IMG/VR virus record: IMGVR_UViG_3300037067_018912
Coordinates: 32,001 to 96,000 of that record
DNA: 64,000 nucleotides
Direction: 5' to 3' (one strand)
DNA from: a virus
Lineage: Duplodnaviria; Caudoviricetes
In this document: positions 28,224 through 39,600 of the stretch, one piece after another
Position numbering within the stretch: the stretch's first letter is position 1
Layout of the letters: every line of letters begins with the position of its first letter
The notes under the pieces: model-generated
The model's database searches: none
What the model was told of the DNA's origin: nothing
Seen by the model: the letters and a program-made list of their open reading frames with translations, nothing else
Translations under genes and position numbers: made by a program

Positions 28224-31200
28224 TTAGAAACCCCTGTTATTCTTCACGTTCTTCGTGCTGACGAATTCGTTGGGTTTATATCCGAGCAGGTGTTTCATCT
28301 TGTCCACCTGTTCATTTATTTTTGGTTTTTCGGTCTTTTGTTCAGTTTCATTCAATTTTTGGACAGGATTTTTAATGAAGAAGACGTCCACACCATTGGT
28401 GTAATACTTGTTCCCTGTCAGGATTGCTTCAACTTCTTCGTTGATGCTGACTTTGTAGTCATCGGTGGATTTGTTCTTATACTTGTTACCGAACCCGGTG
28501 AAATCAAGTTCGAACAATCCGGTCTGTCTTGCTGTACCTGAAGGGGTTTTTAATTCTTTTGCCTCATTCAGCCGAAAATCTTTGATGAATTTCTTACCAA
28601 GATCATCGATGAACCTTCCGGTCACCATCGTTTCCATAAGACCTTCCCTTTCGTTCCACCCGGACTTGTTTTTGTCGAATTGAACGTTTTTGTCGGCACT
28701 TACTTCCGTGGGTTGTGTGTCTTTGTTGTACATCGGTGCTTTTGCACGGTATTTCATCTTCTCCTGTCTGATTTTATACAAGGTATCGCCCATATCGGCC
28801 TTCATACGGTCTTCAAACCTCTTGCTCGGCTCATTATCAAAGACGAGGTCTTGCTGACCCTGGCGCATCATATCAACTTCGTGTTGTTCCTTGGTAGTCA
28901 TGTTGCGTTTAGGTATCTCGTCACCCTTGTCATTGTCGGAATCTCCGGCATTTTTCAGGAATTCGTCACCTTCGGCATCGGTGTTAACAATTTCTTTCTT
29001 CTCGATATCCAAACCGAGTTTTTGTGGATCATCGCCGACATCGGTTTGCTGATCCTTGTATTGTAATTCTTTTTCGACATCAATGATCTCCTTAGTCCCA
29101 CTTTGTTGCAGGTCTGATTTGAAATTTTTCACATTCTCGCTGCCGAGACGGTCTTTCAATACCAATGCCGATGGTTTTCTATCTTCGCTCATTTTCATAA
29201 GTTTATTGTGATGAATGGAATATGCTTCCAATTCCTCGTTCATTTCTTCGAATAATTTTTCGTGGCTTTCGTTCATTCCTCCGCCACTGCTTCTTGCGCC
29301 TGTGTCCATATTGGCACTTTGGTCGCCTAAAGGTTGTATTTTATTTGCCATTGTCATAGGATTTGCTTGTACCATTGTTTGTGTGTCTTCTTGAACACTA
29401 CCGAATTTATTATCGAGATTCTTTTTCATGTTGTTGTATATCATAGCAACGGTGTTATCGGTAAGTGTGTCCAACACTTTTTTCCATATAACTCCTTCCA
29501 TTCCCGTAGGTGGGTCTTTCGGGTCTAATTTCGCATCCATTGCGATAATATTGTTCACCATCGTATCCCTGTCAGGAGTAACTTCCTCACTTACTTTTTC
29601 AGGAAGTCCCTTGTGTTTCGTTGATGCGAAATCTTCTGCATCCTTGTTGCTCATGCTTGCTGCAACCTTTTCAACACCGCCACCAACTTCCTCCGGACTC
29701 AATTCACCTTTTTGAACTGCATGTACCATGCCCATGAAACGCTGTTGTTTTCTTGATTTGGATTTTTCGTCTAAAGGTGGTTTAATGTTATCCAAAGCCT
29801 TCACAGGATCATTGACCTTGACCAAGTTGTATCCGGTCGTGTTCCAATCCTTGTCGTACTGCCATATTCCCACATTCCCGTCACTATCAAGCCTAATATC
29901 TCCCCTGTCGCCATTGATCTCATCGCCGTAATTGTCAAGCACTGTCCCGTAGGAACTATGCTCTTTATCATAAACCATATCACCAGGATTGAATGTTTGA
30001 GAACCCACTGCGGGTTCGGGTAATCCTGTTGGGGGGTTCGCCTCGTTCATGAGATCGCCGAAACCCTCACCTTCCTCTGATAACCTATCGTGCGCTGCCG
30101 ATTTCACGGCTTTTATGAAATTTTCGAATGTCATTCCACCTTTTTCATCAATGTAATCCCACATTGAGTTGGTGTCTCCCAAGTCGTCCCAACGCATGGG
30201 AAGCATCCTGTCTGCTGTCTTGACCGCAACATTATAAAGTGCTTGTCCGGCTAACAGGGGAATGTCTTCTTTAGTCAGACCTTTGCCGCCTTGTGCTTTC
30301 TTCTGTGCGACATATGCTTTTAATTCCTCCGGTGTACTGATCTTGCTTGGAGGTTGTATTTGTTGTTCCATAAGGTTCAAATTCGGTTTATCCGGCTGTC
30401 CTGTTGCAAGCGTATCCATTTCAATCTTGGCATCAGTGCCGTTCCATCCTTTTACTGCATCGCTTGTGAACGCCGTGGTTTTATCGATTATGGTATTGTT
30501 CATCGTATTTCTTTCATCACCGATGTTTATAGTGAATGGTTTGCCTGTCTGTGTCGCTGCCTGCGCTCCTGAAATTCCATCTTCAGGCAGGTTCTTATTT
30601 TCGGGGTGTGGGAACATCGAATTCTTGTCAACCATATCGTTATGTAATATCTCGACGTCCTTATCGGGCATCCTGTCCACATCTTGGCCAACGTACAATT
30701 CCGTATTGGCATCGATATCTGTTTTCAAAGCATCTCGTTCGGGAGTTGTGGGTATTTCACTCACACCCAATCCATTATTACTTGCATTGTGGGATTGATC
30801 GTAATCATCACCAAGTTTCTCTTGGTATGAAAGATCGATATCCTCATTCAATGCCTGCACATATTTTTCAAAACCTTCGGTCTCCGTCAGGTAATTGGTT
30901 TCTTGTATAAGCGTACCACCTGGCCAAATAGGTTTTCTCATGACTTTACCTTTTTTGCCCTTCATCAAATCACCGCCTCCCCATGCATAAGGAGTCGAAT
31001 AACCGCCAGACCCCATGCCCGCACCACCGACGCTGCCAGTGGTAGATGTTTCTTTGAGGATGTTTCCTTCATCATCGATCAATGAAACGTTGCCATGATC
31101 CGAGACGAACCACGTATTTGGATAAAAATTGTTCTTCTGCTTCCATTCTTTCACTTTCGCAAGAGCGATGTCCATTTCAACGAATTCTCCTTGAAATTTA

Positions 31201-32141
31201 CCGCCACATGAAACGCTATATTTGAATCCGTTTGATTCTATAAAGCAATCATCATCCTGTGGTTGATCAGTTTCTTCTTCGTCAGGTTCATTTTCCATCA
31301 AATCACCACCCTTTTTCCATGCAGCAGGACCTGAATACGCACCAGAACTTGCCGCTCCTGTGGTTTCGTTTGTACCTTTGTATGTGGGATGTTGATCAAG
31401 AATTTCAAGATTGTAACCAATACTTTCAAGTTCGGCTTTTAAATCGGCATACTCTTCCGGTGTGGCGAGTCTGCTTTCCGCAGCATATTCCGGAGAAACC
31501 GCCGAATGTTGTCCGATATGAGAATACCCGGTTTTTAATTTACCTGCATTATCATAGTTCTCTTCCGGAAAGTATGCAAACACATCAAGATTCTGTGGAT
31601 CACTCTCATTGACCAAAAACATCACTCTCACTGGATACAAACCACCAAATCTTTTCTTGCTGTCTTCTGCAAGTTCGGCTTTTGTTGGTTCTTTGACTTT
31701 GAATGTAGGGTTTTTCATGGTTTTCTCGCCTGCTTTTCTTAATTGATTGATGCCGCTCTTATCTCGCCTTTTCTTTTCCTTTGGTATCGCCATCCTGTAT
31801 TTTTGAAGGTATTTCGGACTGTTGAGGATATAGTCATTAAATATCATGTTCATGATCGTCTCATTGTAATGATACCCATACTTTTCCTCACCTTCTTCTG
31901 ACATATCATCATAAACCGCAGTCAATTTTGGATCAGAGAAGACCAACGCTTCCATTTTTGGAAGGCTGAATATCTTCTTTTTCAACGAGAATTCCGTCTC
32001 ACTTAATAGAGTGTCGGTTTCGTTGACCTTCATTCCCGGATTAAACTTCGTCACGGTTTTCTTGAAATTTTTCTCGAAACCTTTCGATTGGTTGTTTACC
32101 GGGTCTTTGAGCGTCGGTTTGAAATTTACTTCCTCGTTCAT
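28224..32141 (-). CDS. Large modular acidic protein, probable internal head protein
   Basis: About 1305 aa; many hydrophobic-x-E sites; DUF3008-like KSKSRKQQRFMGMVHAVQKG segment; TAATG overlap sets the start. Confidence 0.7.
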   Translation of the reverse strand: MNEEVNFKPTLKDPVNNQSKGFEKNFKKTVTKFNPGMKVNETDTLLSETEFSLKKKIFSLPKMEALVFSDPKLTAVYDDMSEEGEEKYGYHYNETIMNMIFNDYILNSPKYLQKYRMAIPKEKKRRDKSGINQLRKAGEKTMKNPTFKVKEPTKAELAEDSKKRFGGLYPVRVMFLVNESDPQNLDVFAYFPEENYDNAGKLKTGYSHIGQHSAVSPEYAAESRLATPEEYADLKAELESIGYNLEILDQHPTYKGTNETTGAASSGAYSGPAAWKKGGDLMENEPDEEETDQPQDDDCFIESNGFKYSVSCGGKFQGEFVEMDIALAKVKEWKQKNNFYPNTWFVSDHGNVSLIDDEGNILKETSTTGSVGGAGMGSGGYSTPYAWGGGDLMKGKKGKVMRKPIWPGGTLIQETNYLTETEGFEKYVQALNEDIDLSYQEKLGDDYDQSHNASNNGLGVSEIPTTPERDALKTDIDANTELYVGQDVDRMPDKDVEILHNDMVDKNSMFPHPENKNLPEDGISGAQAATQTGKPFTINIGDERNTMNNTIIDKTTAFTSDAVKGWNGTDAKIEMDTLATGQPDKPNLNLMEQQIQPPSKISTPEELKAYVAQKKAQGGKGLTKEDIPLLAGQALYNVAVKTADRMLPMRWDDLGDTNSMWDYIDEKGGMTFENFIKAVKSAAHDRLSEEGEGFGDLMNEANPPTGLPEPAVGSQTFNPGDMVYDKEHSSYGTVLDNYGDEINGDRGDIRLDSDGNVGIWQYDKDWNTTGYNLVKVNDPVKALDNIKPPLDEKSKSRKQQRFMGMVHAVQKGELSPEEVGGGVEKVAASMSNKDAEDFASTKHKGLPEKVSEEVTPDRDTMVNNIIAMDAKLDPKDPPTGMEGVIWKKVLDTLTDNTVAMIYNNMKKNLDNKFGSVQEDTQTMVQANPMTMANKIQPLGDQSANMDTGARSSGGGMNESHEKLFEEMNEELEAYSIHHNKLMKMSEDRKPSALVLKDRLGSENVKNFKSDLQQSGTKEIIDVEKELQYKDQQTDVGDDPQKLGLDIEKKEIVNTDAEGDEFLKNAGDSDNDKGDEIPKRNMTTKEQHEVDMMRQGQQDLVFDNEPSKRFEDRMKADMGDTLYKIRQEKMKYRAKAPMYNKDTQPTEVSADKNVQFDKNKSGWNEREGLMETMVTGRFIDDLGKKFIKDFRLNEAKELKTPSGTARQTGLFELDFTGFGNKYKNKSTDDYKVSINEEVEAILTGNKYYTNGVDVFFIKNPVQKLNETEQKTEKPKINEQVDKMKHLLGYKPNEFVSTKNVKNNRGF

Positions 32142-32347
32142 TATTTTATGTCGGTTTTCCAAAAATCTCTCTTCTGCCATAATACTTTGGTAACGCTTTC
32201 CATAGCCGCTTTCATGGCATCTGCCACTTCACGCCTCGATTGGCTGTTTATATTCTTGAGAATCTTCTTCATCTCAACATCCAACGAATCTTTGACGAAT
32301 CTTTCAATCTCGTCCCTGACTATTTTCTTGACATCGTCGCCGTTCAT
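32141..32347 (-). CDS. Small hypothetical protein (late)
   Basis: GTATTTAT at 32365-32372. Confidence 0.7.
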   Translation of the reverse strand: MNGDDVKKIVRDEIERFVKDSLDVEMKKILKNINSQSRREVADAMKAAMESVTKVLWQKRDFWKTDIK

Positions 32348-32462
32348 ATCATGCTTGGTTGATTATAAATACTTAACGAAAACAAAAAAACGGTTTCAAA
32401 TAAAAGAACGCATATTTTAAATTATGCGCTCTTTTTGATATAAACGGAACTTTCATTTAACG

Positions 32463-33257
32463 TTACTTCGTCAACAGCCAAAACGCTGTCGCCCCACCGA
32501 TCGCCCCAACCGCCACAGATGCAACCGTCTTGCCGTTGCGTATAAAAAAATTACCAATCTTCTGCCACCCATTCGGATCAAGTTTCTCCTTGGTGATCGG
32601 TTTGATCGCATAACTGTCAATATTGACAGTCTTGAAATAACCGTTCGTATTGGTGACACTGAATGACACGGGATATCCTTTCTTCTTGTCATTCTTCCAA
32701 TGGAATTCTATGAATTGCTCGTTTGGCAGTATGAATTGTTTGAATGCCAATGTCGGCAAACTGTCTAAGTATGCAGGCATAACTCTTCCAACATTAATAT
32801 GATACTTGAGGTCTTTTGTGGAATCAACAAAGGCGATGTTCCTTCTTGCCGTATCGATATAAACCTTGTATGGCTTCAATGAATTGATTATGACATTCGT
32901 TTCAATGAGTGCTGCAGCAATTATAGAATTCTCCTTCTCAACCTCATCGATTTTTGCCAAAAGTTCCTTTTGTGAAGATGTTAATTGGCCATTCATCTTC
33001 TTCAAGTCCTTGATATCAGCCTGTAGGGTGAGTTTTTCAGCCACCCATTCGCCATGCTCGTTTTGATAATTATGAACGCTATCAACCAAGGAGTCTTTCA
33101 ATTTAACCTCAGATTGATATTTATCTTTCAGATTTGCAATTCTTTTCTGTTGGAAATAAATAACCGCAGCCAAAATCAACACGATTAAGACTACAATCCA
33201 AATCACGATCTGTTTTTTCTCCTTGAAAAAATTCAGAATTTTTTGAATGAAGTTCAT
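32463..33257 (-). CDS. Membrane protein: N-terminal TM, coiled coil, C-terminal hydrophobic tail
   Basis: Hydropathy pattern; GTATTTAT at 33275-33282. Confidence 0.75.
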   Translation of the reverse strand: MNFIQKILNFFKEKKQIVIWIVVLIVLILAAVIYFQQKRIANLKDKYQSEVKLKDSLVDSVHNYQNEHGEWVAEKLTLQADIKDLKKMNGQLTSSQKELLAKIDEVEKENSIIAAALIETNVIINSLKPYKVYIDTARRNIAFVDSTKDLKYHINVGRVMPAYLDSLPTLAFKQFILPNEQFIEFHWKNDKKKGYPVSFSVTNTNGYFKTVNIDSYAIKPITKEKLDPNGWQKIGNFFIRNGKTVASVAVGAIGGATAFWLLTK

Positions 33258-33293
33258 TTTTATAAAATTTTATAATAAATACTTTGAAAAATA

Positions 33294-33320
33294 AAAAAAC
33301 CCGGCTAAATGTCGGGTTTT
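33294..33320 (-). terminator. Rho-independent terminator
   Basis: AAAACCCGGC-TAAAT-GTCGGGTTTT. Confidence 0.65.
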
Positions 33321-33331
33321 CAATGTGGTTA

Positions 33332-33826
33332 TTATTGTTGAATCAGGTTTTCTCTCCAATATTTTGAGAACACTGTGTCATAATAAGTCTGTATTCTGTC
33401 GATGATTGGTTGGTTCTCAGGGTTGTCGGGTGAGAAATCCGGATAATAATCGAATGTGACTTTACTTGTGTTCTCTTCCGGGGTCACAGCGAATGTAAAT
33501 TCGAACACTCCATTGACAATGCCACCCCAAACGATATAATCGTCGAAGACTTCAAGTTCGTCGAATTTTACGCTCACATCCATATCGAGGTAACTCAGAA
33601 ATTTCTTTTCTTCAATATCTTGGTCGTAAGCGGTTTTCTTGTTCACAGCAGGTGCTTCTGTTTCAACATTATCAACCTGTTCATTCAATTTGCGTGTGAT
33701 TTTAAGCATATCACGCATGGTCATATCTTTTTTCGGTTCGTCTTTAGATTCTGCGACTTGATACTTTTCCCCACGCATCCTGCGCAACAAAACCCTCATT
33801 TGATTCGGTGATGTTTTATCGTTCAT
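33332..33826 (-). CDS. Hypothetical protein (late, possibly head-associated)
   Basis: GTATTTAT at 33841-33848; LNE site. Confidence 0.7.
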   Translation of the reverse strand: MNDKTSPNQMRVLLRRMRGEKYQVAESKDEPKKDMTMRDMLKITRKLNEQVDNVETEAPAVNKKTAYDQDIEEKKFLSYLDMDVSVKFDELEVFDDYIVWGGIVNGVFEFTFAVTPEENTSKVTFDYYPDFSPDNPENQPIIDRIQTYYDTVFSKYWRENLIQQ

Positions 33827-33849
33827 TTTTTCGATTTATTATAAATACT

Positions 33850-34464
33850 TCAACCTCCGCCATTTTTCAACATCTTATTGAACTTCTCAATATCGAATAG
33901 AGGATTAGTATCGCTGCTATCCTCAATATAATTACTCCGAAAAACAATTCCTTCGAATTTTACGGTGTCTTTGTGATATGGGTGGAACTCGATACATTCC
34001 TTTTTAATGCCAAACTCTTTACAGAGTTTTTTGCACAGCAGCACCACGTTTTTGATCTGCTCTATTGTGAAACGTTCCCAATAATTATATCCAAGATAAT
34101 CATAGGCAATTACGTTTTCCTCTTCACACTCCTCGTTCAACCAATTGATATACTTTCCATCAGACGTTTGAAACAAATACCCCATATTCTCAAGAACGAT
34201 CGAAATAGACAGCCTATCTGCATCCTTGATGCCGAGAAAGTCACTGTAAAATTTTGGGTTATAATGTTGATACACAACACCGTCCCTTGTTATAGTGAAA
34301 GTGTTCCATTTCTTCGTGTTTCCAAATTCCTTGTGCGTCAACCTGGTAATATGATGGCCGTTTTTTCGCAGGCTCATCCCGATGACGATCTGTTTCTTAG
34401 CCGTTTGAACCTTATAACGGTTGTTCTCCTTGACCTCATATGTCGTGTCATCTATTCGCATCAT
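33850..34464 (-). CDS. Amidase_2-fold protein lacking the Zn-binding His residues
   Basis: KKQIVI, ITRDG.VYQ, SISIVLEN, FT.EQI...LCK.FGI, SDTNP; paralogous to 26970-27743. Confidence 0.75.
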   Translation of the reverse strand: MMRIDDTTYEVKENNRYKVQTAKKQIVIGMSLRKNGHHITRLTHKEFGNTKKWNTFTITRDGVVYQHYNPKFYSDFLGIKDADRLSISIVLENMGYLFQTSDGKYINWLNEECEEENVIAYDYLGYNYWERFTIEQIKNVVLLCKKLCKEFGIKKECIEFHPYHKDTVKFEGIVFRSNYIEDSSDTNPLFDIEKFNKMLKNGGG

Positions 34465-34918
34465 AATTCATGAATATTACCTCAATTCCACCTTCCTTAA
34501 AGATCACCAATGCTCTTTTAAATCCTTCACCAAACTTCGGATCGTTAAAATCGGGTTCTTTGTCTACAAACACTCTTTTTATCCCTGCTTGAACTATGAA
34601 TCCGGCACAAGTATCACAAGGAAATAAATTGACATAAATGTCGGAATTCATGCTGCATTTACCCTGCCGTGCACAATTAATGATCGCATTTGCCTCGGCA
34701 TGAATGAACCAATGGTATTTCTCCGGCCTTTGATGTCTTTCCTCAACTTCATCATCGACACCCCTCGGCATGCCGTTATATCCAGTCGTCACAATCTCCC
34801 TGTCCCTGACGATTACTGCGCCGATTCTCCTTGAACGGTCTTTGCTCCACGTAGCGATCTCCGAATCGACCATATGCATAAACCGCATATGCCATTTCAT
34901 TTCGTTATTTTCCACCAT
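34448..34918 (-). CDS. dCMP deaminase
   Basis: TGYNGMPRG, HAEANAI, FPCDTCA. Confidence 0.93.
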   Translation of the reverse strand: MVENNEMKWHMRFMHMVDSEIATWSKDRSRRIGAVIVRDREIVTTGYNGMPRGVDDEVEERHQRPEKYHWFIHAEANAIINCARQGKCSMNSDIYVNLFPCDTCAGFIVQAGIKRVFVDKEPDFNDPKFGEGFKRALVIFKEGGIEVIFMNYDANR

Positions 34919-35282
34919 ACTTCACACTAAAACCATTGTCAATTTTTTTATCATAATAATTTCTTTCCAATTCCAAAAGTCTTTCCCAATCAATAACAAC
35001 ACCTTCTTCCTTGACTGTTTTACTGAAATTGAAATACTCTCTTATCTGATGGATCGATTCTCTTTCCATACCCTGCGTTGCGAGATAGAATATGGCGTCT
35101 TCAATCTTGTCAAACATCGCCACATACGACATATCCCAACATTCGGCAGGATATAATTGCCCTTCGGAATAAAGGATATAACCCGTAGTTTTGCTTTTGT
35201 TTAATTCAATTACTCTACCGAGGTTTTGAGGTATCTTTCTACCCCAAAAACTGTATGTACACCAAATGCCAACTTTTTCCAT
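34905..35282 (-). CDS. Hypothetical protein
   Basis: ORF in operon. Confidence 0.65.
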   Translation of the reverse strand: MEKVGIWCTYSFWGRKIPQNLGRVIELNKSKTTGYILYSEGQLYPAECWDMSYVAMFDKIEDAIFYLATQGMERESIHQIREYFNFSKTVKEEGVVIDWERLLELERNYYDKKIDNGFSVKYGGK

Positions 35283-35288
35283 AGCATA

Positions 35289-35498
35289 TTAGGTCAATTT
35301 CCACCATCTATCCTTTTTCAACCCCCTTGCCTTAACAATCAAATCTTGCAATTTGGGGGCGTCAAAATCATTACTGGTGATAACGTCACCATCAATATCC
35401 GCAAGGTCGGATTCGGCAAGTTCATCCACGATTTTGAGGGCGTTTTTGATCAACCTACCCTTTTCAAGTGCTTCCAATCTTTCCATGTCTGTTGCCAT
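35289..35498 (-). CDS. Hypothetical protein
   Basis: ORF in operon. Confidence 0.65.
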   Translation of the reverse strand: MATDMERLEALEKGRLIKNALKIVDELAESDLADIDGDVITSNDFDAPKLQDLIVKARGLKKDRWWKLT

Positions 35499-35505
35499 AT
35501 TCGTG

Positions 35506-36657
35506 TTATTTCATATTCTCAATCACCCGGAAAGAATCGTCGAATGTTTCAATAATATTAACGGCTTCGTTGTATGGTGCTGAAATATGCCTTCTCTTCC
35601 CGTTAGTAACAAAGATATTCAATCTATCCATATCTTGCAAGAACTCTTCAACTAATTTATTGGAATTCGGTATGGTACTTTTCTCAGCCACGATGGTCTT
35701 CAGTTCCAAGCCACTGAGCACCCTATCACCAGGGGAAAGTTTTCCTCCGCCATAGACAAAGGCGAGCAACGCCCTATATCTATCTTTTTTTTGATAAACC
35801 TTTTCAAATTTCTGTTGGTTTATCTCGAAGAGTCTATGTTCATAGTACTCCCGAAAGTAAATGCCCCCGATTATGAGAACCTCGTTGACTATAACGATTA
35901 TAATGAATAAGAATATGTTCTTCGTATCCTCTGATTCGTGCCCAGATTTTGCACTCAACAGAGTCTCTTTCAATATATTCTGCTTTGTAAGAAATTCCTT
36001 ATCGATCCTTTCGATCTGTTGTTCATTATCTTTGATAATAGCCAAGTTCTTGTCGATATTGGTCTGATAATCTCTTCGCACCGAAACATAGTTCACCGGA
36101 GTTTCCGCCAATCTCTGACGTAGATCGTTATTTACTTTCCGAAGTGCCTCGTTGTCATCAATGTAAGTTTGTTTCCTACTTTCATAAACGGTTGCAAGAC
36201 TGTCACCCTCAGACGTCAATCGGGTCTCAACTGCGGCATTTTTGAACACACTTGTGGTGGCAAGATTCTTCGATCCGGCGATTGACAAGTAGAAACTGGT
36301 TGCCACAATCACAAATGCAAGGGTGAACCAACCCCCCACTTGGAAATTGATCTTCTTACCATTGGTGAAGTAGTCGTCCGAAAAGTTTTGTATGAAGTAC
36401 CGTTTGATTATCTCGAAAGTGCCGAGGAAGATCACTGAAAGCGTTAATGCTATCGTATTGCCGACTGCACCCTGTATGAAATTGATGGTAATTGTTTTCG
36501 ACAATGCCGGGTAAACCAAGAAATATGCGAAGAATATTGCACTTATATTACCCAAGAAAGAGAACCGCCACAACCACGTGTCCAACCCTCTATTCCTCGA
36601 CTCAAAATCCTTCTTATTTATCTTACCTCTTAACCTGTCATAACTCGTTAAATCCAT
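35506..36657 (-). CDS. Multi-TM protein with long coiled coil
   Basis: Three TMs, coiled coil, TM, soluble C-terminus; CTATTTAT upstream. Confidence 0.75.
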   Translation of the reverse strand: MDLTSYDRLRGKINKKDFESRNRGLDTWLWRFSFLGNISAIFFAYFLVYPALSKTITINFIQGAVGNTIALTLSVIFLGTFEIIKRYFIQNFSDDYFTNGKKINFQVGGWFTLAFVIVATSFYLSIAGSKNLATTSVFKNAAVETRLTSEGDSLATVYESRKQTYIDDNEALRKVNNDLRQRLAETPVNYVSVRRDYQTNIDKNLAIIKDNEQQIERIDKEFLTKQNILKETLLSAKSGHESEDTKNIFLFIIIVIVNEVLIIGGIYFREYYEHRLFEINQQKFEKVYQKKDRYRALLAFVYGGGKLSPGDRVLSGLELKTIVAEKSTIPNSNKLVEEFLQDMDRLNIFVTNGKRRHISAPYNEAVNIIETFDDSFRVIENMK

Positions 36658-36696
36658 GCTTGTGTTTATTTACCATAAATAGTAAAGAAACAATTA

Positions 36697-39600
36697 TTAT
36701 TCAATTACAAGCGACGATATCCCATCTTCATCTAACTGTACATTAATCAGATAATCAGGATTTATTTCGTGAACTTGTTCTATCACAAGCGTTTTTTTCA
36801 TGCTATTTTTTATCATGTGGAGTATCTCAATGAATTCTTCCACACTACCTTCTAAATCGAGTTTACCCATCACCTCATCGAGCAGAAAAATAGTTGGTTT
36901 TGCTTTGACATTAATTTGATTGAGAGCAAATTTCAACACCACACTTGCAAATGTCCTTTCTTTGCCGCTTGCACCAATACAATCTATAACGGCAGATGGC
37001 CTATTATTGTAAGCCAATTTTGGCCTCAAATCATCTTGGTCGAGCCATACTTTGAACGGTGCTACCGATAATATGGTCTCCAAAGTCAGATTAATTTTAG
37101 GAATAATGTAATTCGACAACATCTGCCTGGGAATGCCATCCCTATGAACGCATTTTTTGTATAGATTCATCACCAAATCACGGTATTCCTGCGCTTTGAA
37201 ATCGGTGACAAGGGTCTCATTATCTTTTATCCTCTTTTGTCTGTCACCTACCTTGCCTTTTAATATAAAAATGTTCTCCCTTTCATCAGTTTCCCGTGCT
37301 TCGAGTTCTGAAAGCCTCTTCTTTGCCGCTTCAATACCCTTCTCGATCCTGTGGTTCTCCTCGATTTGTTTTAGACTGTTCTCATGGTTGTCGATTTTTT
37401 GTTGAAGAATTTTAATCTTGAGTTCTTCGTTTTGAATAAGGGTTGGTAATTGGTTCAACTCTGTCTGCATTTCCTTACGCTTCTCAACATCGTTCTTGTC
37501 GTTGGTCAGATTGCCTATCTCAGCCAAAACATCCTCTAATTGGAGGGCAGCCTCTTCAATAGTTTTCTTTATGAGAAGGATTTCATCATTTTTGAGTCTG
37601 ATGTTTTCCTGATGAACCGTTTTGTCGTTACTCTCCTTTTCATTAATCTTGGCGGCAACGGCAAACATTTCGGTCTCTTTTTCTTTGATCTTGGCGTCGA
37701 TATGACTTTGATGCTCCGCAGTCAATGGCTGTCCGCACGTCGGACAAATCTTACTATTCTTTAATTCCGAAATGTCTTTTTTATATTTTGCACCGTCCTG
37801 CTTCAATCTAAATATATCGCCATTAATGATCTCAATAGCATGTTCCTCATCCCTGACGGCTTGTTCAACGGCTTTTATCTTCAACCTATCATTGTATTCA
37901 GCCAGTTTATGTAATTCCTTTTCCTTTATGAGGGTTTCAAGTTTTTGTTCGTCATAACTTTCTTTAAGAGGAACGATGTTTTCATTCAATACCCTCTCAC
38001 GTGCATTATGTTCATCGATCTTGCGTTTGTACACATCTATCCACCCCTTAGTGTCCAAGACGTTTAAACCATAAATTTCAGGGTCTATGGTGTAAAGTTT
38101 TTTGGTCAATGTCTCAACATATGTCCGCCCAGTTAAAATGCGATATTGAATATCGGGCATCACAACCGTTTCTATATTGGTTATCTTACCGTCGAAATCC
38201 CGAATTTCCTCAACATACCCGGCATTTTCTACTTCTTTCATTTCAATGCTGCAGGTCACTCTTGGTTTATCATTCACGCTCTTCTGATATATTTTCAAAC
38301 CTTCGAGTTTCTTGTCGAAGATATCCAATCCACTATCATACAGCAAAGAATCGATGAAAATCGCCATATCATTTGACAATATCCTGTTAAGGGTATCGGA
38401 AGTCGTCATTACTATCCGCATAAAGTTGTCATACGATCCAATAATAGATTCAAGTTTTTTTTGTGTTGCGACACGCTTGTCCTCATCCAACTTGTCAAGC
38501 AGGTTTCCGTCGTTCATTTCATCATCCGGACCTGGCAGTATATAATAATTGAACGTGGTAGGAGAGCCATTGATTGAACCATCCTTTGCCCGGCTAATGT
38601 CCGTTCTTTTCTTGATTCCGAAATACTCACCATTAGCCTCAATTACAAGGTATGCTTCGCAATACGAAGCACCATTTCGGTTATTGACAAAGCGGGAATC
38701 CCCATATTTCATACGACTCTCGGTTTCCAAAGACTTGGTGAAAAGGGCGTATGTTATCAATTTCATGATCGTTGTCTTTCCTGCAGTGTTGATTCCTGTG
38801 ATTTGGAACAAACCGTCCTTGTCACGCCAATCGACGTCGAGAGTTGCATATGATGCGAAATTAACCCCACCGAATTTGATAATGTCCCATTCAATACCTG
38901 CGTCTTCCTTAATATCAATCAGGTTGAGGATTTCCTCATCCAATGCAAGAATATCATTAATAACATCCGGATCAGTCCCAATTTTTTCAAGGTATTCTTT
39001 GAATATCTCATGTTGGACGACTTTGTTGGAGATGTTTTGAAGGGTTATGTTCTCATTTACCTCGATCTTCTCGGTTTCAATGAACACATTTTTGTGTAAG
39101 ATAATCGTGTTAGGGTGTTTGGACTTTATATAATGAAACAATTTTCTTTCATTGTCTTTCGTCCTTGTTTGGGGGAGGGTTTTCCACACAAATCTGACGT
39201 GCATTTCCTCTGTGGGATTCTCGATCTCGAAATCAAGGTCGTTGAAATCCATGTACGGGGATATGTCGACATTCTTGAACGAATGATAATTCCTGACAGG
39301 TACAAGTTCCGCTGTCTTGTTTTCCGTATTCCAAAGCATATAGCCGTGGAATTCACCGTCTCCTTCTGATATATCCTGCGCTATCAAAGAACCACAATAA
39401 GCCTTCGTCTGCTTGTCGTCAAGGAATTGTGCCTTGTGGATGTCGCCGAAAAACGATAAATCGCCTTTGAAATCGCTCAATTTGTAAAGCGACTTACTTT
39501 TCATCTCAAACCCGGTCGGGGTCTTACAACCATTGACGGGGTCGTGGAAAAGATCGATTGCAACATAATCATTATTTATTCTTAATTTTTCATAAATCTT

